This document shows positions 33,763-40,401 of a DNA stretch of 64,000 nt, in pieces. Origin of the DNA: an uncultured Gammaproteobacteria bacterium (GTDB taxonomy: Bacteria > Cyanobacteriota > Vampirovibrionia > Gastranaerophilales > Gastranaerophilaceae); contig CAZMZD010000006.1 of NCBI GenBank assembly GCA_964570895.1, forward strand, positions 11,447-75,446, written 5' to 3'. Each line of letters starts with the position of its first letter. Positions within the stretch are counted from its first letter, which is position 1. The position numbers were made by a program, and so were the translations under genes. Below the pieces are notes generated by a model that was not told where the DNA came from, made no database searches, and was given only the letters and a program-made list of their open reading frames with translations.

Positions 33763-35031
33763 TTAACAAATTTTTAAAAGCGCTTCAATAACGGCAGGGT
33801 CCCATTTAACGCCTGATTCTTGTTTTAAGATTTCAAGCGCTTCTTCTTTGGTTTTCGCTTTTCTGTGAGCTCTTTCTTCAGTTAAGGCGCAATACGCGTC
33901 TGCAACCGATATAATTCTTGAACCAAACGGAATTGAATTACCTTCAAGCCCTTCAGGCGTGCCTGTTCCGTTCCAACGTTCTTGCTTGTAATTAATATAT
34001 GGCACAACTTCAGATAAGAAGTTTATATTCATAAGCAAGCTAACGCCAGCGTTTGGAGATTCTTGAAGTTGTTTCCATTCTTCGTCAGTCAATTTTTCAC
34101 GTTTGTTCAAAATCTTTTCATCGAGCGTGATTTGACCAATATTTTGAAGAAGCCCTGCGTAGTATACCAAGTCTGTAGTTTTGTCGCCAAGTCCCATTTT
34201 GTAACAAATTTTTCTTGAAATTTCTGCCGTGTCTTTTGAATGAGAATTTGTTTTGAGTCCACGTTTAAAGTCAACCGCGCTTGCAAGAGTTTCAACAAAG
34301 ATTTGTTGTTGGTCCCCAAGGTCGCCAATAATTGCAGTCAATTGGGCTCGCAAGTTTTGCAATTCGCCCGTTGATACAACATCGTTTGCAAGAACTTTTT
34401 TAACTTCGTCAATAAGTTTTTGAATGCCTAAAGAAGTGACAAAGAGCCCTGCGGTAATTCTGAGTAAATTCGCGTATTCTTCCTCAAGCGGGCGAGAAAT
34501 ATCGCGAGTTACTTCAATTGCACCAATACATTCAAAATTATTTTTCATAGGGAAAACAAAGTGACGTATGTTTTTAGTGTCAAAAGTGTTGTCGCATTTG
34601 TCTTTCCAAGAAGATTTGATATATTTGTTCGGAAGAGTATCGCAAGAATCCGAACTTCCTTGAAGTTTTAACTTGTTTTCACCTTTTTTTGAAAGATAAA
34701 TATTGCAAGTTTCAAGCGAAAGCATTAATTTCACTGTCTTTGCGATAGAATTATAAATTACATAATCATCATTTGCTTCAAAACCTAAAATACTCAATGT
34801 GTTATCAATTGAATATATTGAAATGAGTTCTTGTAGTTGTTTTTTAAGACTTTCAGTTTTATTTCTGTCAGACTTCGCAATTTTTTTCGCAAGGTCTTCA
34901 GAAATTAAATGTTCAGACAAAAATTCCCCTAAATTAAGCGCAAAAATCGCCTCGAGCGGGTCTGTGTCCAACATATTATCTGAACGCGAATAAAAAGATA
35001 CGTTCATGTCTTCTTTTGCTACTTTTCCCAT
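33763..35031 (-). CDS. HD-GYP domain protein (putative c-di-GMP phosphodiesterase) with GAF-like N-terminal sensor region
   Basis: 422 aa. The C-terminus has HSKDTAEISRKI, YYAGLLQNIGQI, ERWNGTGTPEGLEGNSIPFGSRIISVADAYCAL. This is the HD ... GYP-type signature, with GTP in place of GYP. Confidence 0.75.
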   Translation of the reverse strand: MGKVAKEDMNVSFYSRSDNMLDTDPLEAIFALNLGEFLSEHLISEDLAKKIAKSDRNKTESLKKQLQELISIYSIDNTLSILGFEANDDYVIYNSIAKTVKLMLSLETCNIYLSKKGENKLKLQGSSDSCDTLPNKYIKSSWKDKCDNTFDTKNIRHFVFPMKNNFECIGAIEVTRDISRPLEEEYANLLRITAGLFVTSLGIQKLIDEVKKVLANDVVSTGELQNLRAQLTAIIGDLGDQQQIFVETLASAVDFKRGLKTNSHSKDTAEISRKICYKMGLGDKTTDLVYYAGLLQNIGQITLDEKILNKREKLTDEEWKQLQESPNAGVSLLMNINFLSEVVPYINYKQERWNGTGTPEGLEGNSIPFGSRIISVADAYCALTEERAHRKAKTKEEALEILKQESGVKWDPAVIEALLKIC

Positions 35032-35069
35032 TTGATTTCCTATTTGTTAAACTCGTCGTTATATTTCTA

Positions 35070-35096
35070 CTATCGGCATATTTTTTAAAAACTTTT
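35070..35096 (-). promoter_or_regulatory. Sigma28-type promoter candidate for the HD-GYP gene
   Basis: The minus strand reads AAAAGTTT-N11-GCCGATAG against TAAAGTTT-N11-GCCGATAA (7/8 and 7/8). The -10 element ends about 38 nt before the ATG. Confidence 0.6.
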
Positions 35097-35184
35097 GCTA
35101 TATTTACAAAACTTTATACTTTAGTTGCACTTTTTTAATCAAAAACTATACAAAAGTTGGCAAAGTGTGTATAATCCAATTATT

Positions 35185-36282
35185 ATGGCAGGGATTGGCA
35201 TTGTAAAAACTGAATATGTTAAATTTGAAGAACCTTTAAAGCTTCAATCCGGCAAAGTTTTGCCGGAGCTTGAAATTGCTTATGAAACTTACGGAACTTT
35301 AAATGAAAATAAAGATAATGCGCTCCTTGTGCTTCATGCCTTAACGGGCGACGCGCACATCGCCGGAAAACACAGCGAGGAAGATAGAAAAACCGGCTGG
35401 TGGGATGAAATGGTCGGCCCTGATTGCGCATTCGATACAAATAAATTTTTTGTAATATGCTCAAATTGCCTCGGCGGCTGCTCCGGAACGACAGGGCCTG
35501 AATCTATTAACCCTGAAACGGGCGAGCCTTACGGGCTTGATTTTCCTGTTATCACAATTGAAGATATGGTCGAAGTTCAAAAAAAGTTAGTCGACTATCT
35601 TGGCGTTAAAAAGCTTATTGTAATTGGCGGTTCGATGGGCGGAATGCAGGCGCTTGAATGGTCTGTCAGGTTTCCCGATATGACAAAATCCGTTGTGGTT
35701 ATTGCAAGCACATCAAAATTAAGCGCTCAAGCAATTGGTTTTAATGCGGTTGGCAGAAACGCAATTTTAAACGATGAGAATTTTGCAGGCGGAAAATATT
35801 ACGGCAAAAAATTGCCTGAAAAAGGGCTCGCAATCGCGCGTATGGTGGGGCACATCACATATCTTTGCGAAAGCGCAATGCACAAAAAATTTGGACGAGA
35901 ATTTAAAGATGGCCCAAGCTTCGATTTTGGAGTGGATTTCCAAGTTGAAAGCTATTTAGATTATCAAGGGCGGATTTTTGTTGATAGGTTTGACGCGAAT
36001 AGCTATTTATACATCACAAAAGCGGTTGATTATTATGATTTAGGGCAAAAATACGGCTCGCTTGAAGCGGCGTTTGAGCACGCGAAAGCCAAGTTTTTGC
36101 TTATGTCTTTCACTTCCGATTGGCTTTTCCCGACAGAGCAAACAAAAGAAATGCTCTCTGCGCTAATTAAGGCTAAAAAAGATGTTTCGTTTGTGGAACT
36201 TGAATCAGGCGCGGGGCATGACGCATTTTTGCTTGAAACAAAAAATCAAACTAAAATCCTGAAAAGCTTTTTGGCTAATTAG
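35185..36282 (+). CDS. metX: Homoserine O-acetyltransferase
   Basis: The track ORF starts at TTG 35125. I prefer ATG 35185 (MAGIGIVKTEYVKFEEPLKLQSGKVLPELEIAYETYGTLN), which matches the usual MetX N-terminus. Motifs: HALTGDAH, GGSMGGMQALEW (nucleophile elbow), SDWLFP, GHDAFL. Confidence 0.9.
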   Translation: MAGIGIVKTEYVKFEEPLKLQSGKVLPELEIAYETYGTLNENKDNALLVLHALTGDAHIAGKHSEEDRKTGWWDEMVGPDCAFDTNKFFVICSNCLGGCSGTTGPESINPETGEPYGLDFPVITIEDMVEVQKKLVDYLGVKKLIVIGGSMGGMQALEWSVRFPDMTKSVVVIASTSKLSAQAIGFNAVGRNAILNDENFAGGKYYGKKLPEKGLAIARMVGHITYLCESAMHKKFGREFKDGPSFDFGVDFQVESYLDYQGRIFVDRFDANSYLYITKAVDYYDLGQKYGSLEAAFEHAKAKFLLMSFTSDWLFPTEQTKEMLSALIKAKKDVSFVELESGAGHDAFLLETKNQTKILKSFLAN

Positions 36283-36291
36283 TTTTTATTT

Positions 36292-36312
36292 GTCAGGCAT
36301 TGCCTGATCTAC
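36292..36312. repeat. REP-like palindrome ending in CTAC
   Basis: gtcaggcattgcctgatctac. Confidence 0.65.
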
Positions 36313-36341
36313 GGGTTGCGGGCTTATTTTGACGTAATTAA

Positions 36342-36363
36342 GGTGCGTATAAACGCACCCTAC
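36342..36363. repeat. Palindrome ggtgcgtataaacgcacc followed by CTAC
   Basis: ggtgcgtataaacgcaccctac. Confidence 0.6.
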
Positions 36364-36388
36364 GGCTCTTGTTATTATCAAAACATAC

Positions 36389-36693
36389 ATAGAATTTTTC
36401 AAAATTTTTATCACTAAACGGAAATTGCGGAGAGGTTTTGCGGTCACAGCTTGGATTGTAACAGTTAGAGCATATTTTTGTTAAATAGCTATTCGCAAAA
36501 GCTCGACTGCGATTTCTGAGATAAAAATTTGAAAAATGGCAAGAGCTAAACAAGAGCCGATGTTTCTTTCTTTTTGTTTCATTTTTCTTTCTTTGCGTTA
36601 CGGCGCTTGAGTGTCAAAGAAAGAAAAATGAAAGAACAAAAAATAAACGCTATGTTGCATTAATTGGCAAGATTCTGAAACAAGTTCAGAATG
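36389..36693 (+). repeat. Copy 2 of the ~305-bp dispersed intergenic repeat
   Basis: Aligns to 3843-4147 (see copy 1). Confidence 0.85.
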
Positions 36694-36732
36694 ACTTTTT
36701 CATTTATATACCCAAAAACAAAACAAAAAACG

Positions 36733-36775
36733 AAAGACGCACAGCAAAGCCACGCGTCCTTCTTTTGGGAGAGAG
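36733..36775 (-). terminator. Probable flagellin terminator, about 120-160 nt downstream of the stop
   Basis: The minus strand reads aaggacgcgtggctttgctgtgcgtctttcgttttttgtttt. The stem is gacgc/gcgtc, followed by a T-rich tail. The loop is large, so confidence is moderate. Confidence 0.4.
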
Positions 36776-36893
36776 TTCTCTATATTTCAGCTTAAAATAT
36801 CGCACGTTGCCACAGGGGGCACAGAAGTGGCACCACAAGACATAATAAGCTCAAGTATGCAAGTAAGTAGTTTGTTTATCCAATTAATTGGGA

Positions 36894-37826
36894 TTAGCCG
36901 ATTAACTGAATTGCAAGTGATGGTAATTGGTTAGCTTGAGCCAACACCGCAGTTGCAGTTTGTTCAAGAATTTGGTATTTCACCATATCTGAGCTTGCTT
37001 CCGCAATATCAACATCGGTAATTCTTGATTTCGCTGTTTCAAGGTTTTCTACGGTTGTCGCCAAGTTGTCATAGGTCGCATCCATACGGTTTGTATAGGC
37101 ACCTAATAAACCTCTTGCACTTGATATTGTGTTAATTGAGTATTGGACATCTTCCATATATTTACGGAATGCGTCGCCAAATGCTGCGTCAGCTGAGCCA
37201 ACATAAGCTTCAATTGCTGCTTCATCGCCAAATTTATCACTGTTTGGATCTAAACAATCAGGCAGTTTCAAGCCTATGCCACCTGCGTCAACTGTTGTTT
37301 TACCTAAAGCAGACAAGTTACAATCTGTTAATGATTTTTTGACATCGATTGTGTTTGTTTCTTTATCTGTTCCTGCGCCGATTTGGATAATTACTTGTTC
37401 CAATTCGCCGTCAAGAAGGTTTCGACCGTTGTAGTTTACACTGTTCGCTGTGTTTTCGATGTCGATTAATCTTTGATCAATTTCAACCATAATTGATCTA
37501 CGAGCTTCTAAATCGTTGATATCAGAAGCGCCTTGAACCAACAGTTCGTTGATTCTTTGTAAGTGGTCGCCTACGGTAATCATACCGCCTTCTGCGATTT
37601 GCACGAAGTTTTTACCATCTTCGATGTTGTCCATCGCTTTGTTTGAACCACTAATTTGGAATTTAAGTCTTTCGGCGATTGCAAGACCTGCAGCGTCATC
37701 TCCGGCAACATTAATTCTGTAACCTGTAGAAAGCTGGGTCATCGCCTTTTCTAAACTTTTAACGTTTGAGTTAAGCCTATTCTGGGCGATTAACGCAGAA
37801 ACGTTAGTGTTTACACGGATTGCCAT
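36894..37826 (-). CDS. fliC: Flagellin
   Basis: 310 aa. The N-terminus MAIRVNTNVSALIAQNRLN...LSTGYRINVAGDDAAGLAIAERL and the C-terminus ..ITDVDIAEASSDMVKYQILEQTATAVLAQANQLPSLAIQLIG form the canonical D0/D1 flagellin ends. Confidence 0.92.
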   Translation of the reverse strand: MAIRVNTNVSALIAQNRLNSNVKSLEKAMTQLSTGYRINVAGDDAAGLAIAERLKFQISGSNKAMDNIEDGKNFVQIAEGGMITVGDHLQRINELLVQGASDINDLEARRSIMVEIDQRLIDIENTANSVNYNGRNLLDGELEQVIIQIGAGTDKETNTIDVKKSLTDCNLSALGKTTVDAGGIGLKLPDCLDPNSDKFGDEAAIEAYVGSADAAFGDAFRKYMEDVQYSINTISSARGLLGAYTNRMDATYDNLATTVENLETAKSRITDVDIAEASSDMVKYQILEQTATAVLAQANQLPSLAIQLIG

Positions 37827-37834
37827 TTTTCTCT

Positions 37835-37863
37835 CTCCTGTTTCTTATTTTTACTTACAGGAG
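37835..37863 (-). promoter_or_regulatory. Shine-Dalgarno-sequestering hairpin in the flagellin leader
   Basis: The mRNA reads cuccugu-N15-acaggag, where acaggag is the RBS 9 nt before the AUG. The stem is a perfect 7 bp. Confidence 0.5.
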
Positions 37864-37940
37864 GTATAACGAAATTATCTTTTACAACTTTAGTTATAAA
37901 AAAACCAACCTAAGTTGTAGAAAACGGGCAAAACCCTGTC

Positions 37941-37967
37941 ATAGCGGCGTTTTTCAAGCTGTAATTA
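37941..37967 (-). promoter_or_regulatory. Sigma28-type promoter candidate for flagellin
   Basis: The minus strand reads TAAT-N15-GCCGCTAT against the Bacillus sigmaD-type TAAA-N15-GCCGATAT. It predicts a ~105-nt leader. Confidence 0.5.
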
Positions 37968-38019
37968 AACTTGAAGAATATCCTCCATATGGTGTAGAAA
38001 ATGGGAAATTTTGTGTAAT

Positions 38020-40401
38020 TTAAGGGGTGTTTGAGCCATTTTCAGCACTTAAATTTGCAAGCCTTCTTTTTTCATTTTGAAGCTTACTTAAATTTTGAGC
38101 CATGTTAGAAATTTCATATTCAAGAGCAGATATTGTGTCATCTATGTTCAAATTTGCAAGCATATCTTTTGTGGTTTGTTCTTCAGTTTTTAATTCTTCA
38201 AGCTTTTCTCTTGTGTTGTTTTTCAAAATATTGGCTTCTGCTTGTTCTATTTGTTGTTGCAATTTAGTTATTTGTTTATCTAAATTAGCACCGGACCCAG
38301 CAGCAGATTTTGCTTGTTTAATTTGTGCCTGAAGCTCTTTTCTTTTATCTTGCAAGGATAAAAGCTTAATTTCAGGGTTCAAATTCATCTCTGCAATTTT
38401 TGCTTCAACTGAACTTAGGGCTTCAGAGAGAACAAAATCATATTTGCTTGCATTATTGCTTGAAACGTTTGAAGCTTGGAATTTCTTAAACATTGTTTTC
38501 ATTTTGGCAAGTTTATCAGTTAATTCCTTATACTTTGTGACATTCTTTTTATCTGAAATTGAAATGTTGCCAAAGTTTTTCACAATGTCGTCGTTTAAGC
38601 GGATAATGCCGGACATAAGTGTTTCTTCGTATTCTTTTGTTTCTTTTGTTTTTTGAACGCATTCTTCGCTTTGCAAACGGCGGATCTTATCTGCCTTATC
38701 TTTTAGTTCAGAATATTGCCTCAAGCTTTCTGCGCTCATGCGTGCTGAAGGTTTTGTTTTTGAAAGCTCTGCAATTTCACGGTCAAGCGCTTCAAGCTCG
38801 CATGTGAGGTCTTGGGCAGTTGTTGTGTTTTTTTGCGCCTCCGCTTTTTTATCAAACAAACTTTGAAGGCGAAGTTTTAAAGTGTCTAAATTTTCAACCT
38901 CTGCTTCAAGTTTAACAATTTCAGAAGCGATAGTTTCCGGCATTCTGATTGATTTTTTCGAGCTTTCAATTTCTTCATTTAAAGATTTTATCTGTGCGTG
39001 GCATTTTATTTCTTCTTCTTTTGCAATATTTGCGCGAGCAGTAAGCTCAGAGTCGCGCTCTGCTTCAATAGCAAGCTGTCTGCTTTTCATTCTTTTTGGA
39101 ATTTCTTCAAGACGCTCTTTTTTCTTGGCACGTCTATCTTGTTGAGTCTTAATTTCTGAATATTCTTTTCTTAACCTTTTGACAGCTTGTTTTAAACCCG
39201 ATAAAGTTTCTTCTTGAGAAGATAATTTTTTATATGCGTTAAATGTAGTGTCTTGTTCGTATTGCTCTGATTTAGCTTTTAATTCATCTAATTTATTTCT
39301 TTTTGCTTCAAGCGATTTTTCCAATTTCAAAATTCTTGCGTTAATTCTTTTTTCGACATTTTCTTTGGGAGCTTCTTCTTCCACGTCAAATTTTTTCTTT
39401 TCTCTTGCAACTTCTTCACCAAGCTCTTTGGAAAATGTTTCTAAAATTTCTTTTGGGTAAGTTGCATATTCTTCACCTAATTCACCGGTTTGTATTTTTG
39501 CTTCAACCTCTTGCAAGTATTTATCAAAATTCACTTTGAAATTAGGTCTTTGCATAATCCATTCGGAATATGGCATATTTGAGCGCCTAGAATTGCAGTC
39601 TGCGCACATTACTATATAGTTTGAAGTGTCGTTCGCGCCGCCTTTTGAAGCTGGGGTGACATGCTCTGTGGAGGCAAGAGCGCCGGAGAATAATCTGCGC
39701 GCAATGTCTTCATTTGATTTTTTTGAAAACGAAGCATAAAAAGCACTTTCAGAGTTTGATGAAGCAGGGATTTTCTCAGCCATCTCAACTAAAAAATTCG
39801 CTTCTTCCCCTTGCTCTTCAGGGGGAATCAACCCTTTTAATTTTTCAATAAAATCTTGTCTTCTAAAATATTTTTCGTTTTCATAATCAGGATTTGCGAT
39901 TAATTCTTTTTGCTCTTTAATAAATTTCTTTATATTATCTTTTGTTTCTTGTTTAAAATTCTTAGAATTTCTCTCAACTGAATCAAGCACTTTGACTTGT
40001 GCGTCCACAAGCTCGGACATGTATTTTGAGCTTAAAGACCTCATGATGGCTTTTAAATCTTTGTTTTTGTCGCTAAGTGCTTCAAAGATTATGTTTTTAA
40101 TTATTTTATTTTCAATCGCACGGTAGTATGAAGATTTTTGCTGAAGTTCATAAACAAGCTCCGGCCCTTTTAAATCTTTCATTTTTCTCACGTACGTATC
40201 AAGTTGCTTTGTTTGTATTGTTTTTTCGCCACACGAAGCGCAAGGCATTGCATAAATGTTTCTCGGTGCAAAACTGTCTTTTGAGCAAGCAAAACCCGTG
40301 AATGAAAATGGGTTTGAGAAATTATTTCCATAGCTTTTAACGCCTTGTTGTTTAGGCTTAGGCTGTTTAAAACTATAAAAATTTATTGGTTTTATTATCA
40401 T
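38020..40401 (-). CDS. HNH-motif nuclease with ~500-aa C-terminal coiled coil
   Basis: 793 aa. The HNH signature STEHVTPASKGGANDTSNYIVMCADCNSRRSNMPYSEW lies at aa 244-281, with an isolated CASCGEK at aa 54-60. From about aa 290 to the end the sequence is K/E/L/Q heptad-rich. The start overlaps the helicase stop (TAATG). Confidence 0.65.
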   Translation of the reverse strand: MIIKPINFYSFKQPKPKQQGVKSYGNNFSNPFSFTGFACSKDSFAPRNIYAMPCASCGEKTIQTKQLDTYVRKMKDLKGPELVYELQQKSSYYRAIENKIIKNIIFEALSDKNKDLKAIMRSLSSKYMSELVDAQVKVLDSVERNSKNFKQETKDNIKKFIKEQKELIANPDYENEKYFRRQDFIEKLKGLIPPEEQGEEANFLVEMAEKIPASSNSESAFYASFSKKSNEDIARRLFSGALASTEHVTPASKGGANDTSNYIVMCADCNSRRSNMPYSEWIMQRPNFKVNFDKYLQEVEAKIQTGELGEEYATYPKEILETFSKELGEEVAREKKKFDVEEEAPKENVEKRINARILKLEKSLEAKRNKLDELKAKSEQYEQDTTFNAYKKLSSQEETLSGLKQAVKRLRKEYSEIKTQQDRRAKKKERLEEIPKRMKSRQLAIEAERDSELTARANIAKEEEIKCHAQIKSLNEEIESSKKSIRMPETIASEIVKLEAEVENLDTLKLRLQSLFDKKAEAQKNTTTAQDLTCELEALDREIAELSKTKPSARMSAESLRQYSELKDKADKIRRLQSEECVQKTKETKEYEETLMSGIIRLNDDIVKNFGNISISDKKNVTKYKELTDKLAKMKTMFKKFQASNVSSNNASKYDFVLSEALSSVEAKIAEMNLNPEIKLLSLQDKRKELQAQIKQAKSAAGSGANLDKQITKLQQQIEQAEANILKNNTREKLEELKTEEQTTKDMLANLNIDDTISALEYEISNMAQNLSKLQNEKRRLANLSAENGSNTP

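Noticed and set aside
36790-36843. A 17-aa Cys-containing mini-ORF (MSCGATSVPPVATCDILS) on the minus strand in the flagellin 3' region.
   Set aside because: No Shine-Dalgarno sequence precedes it. The sequence coincides with a stem-loop (tgccac/gtggca), so an RNA-structure explanation is more economical.
37866-37892. Second, proximal sigma28-like element upstream of flagellin (TAAA-N15-TTCGTTAT).
   Set aside because: The -10 element matches the consensus at only 4/8. The distal GCCGCTAT site is much better. This one is kept only as an alternative TSS that would remove the 5' arm of the SD-sequestering hairpin.
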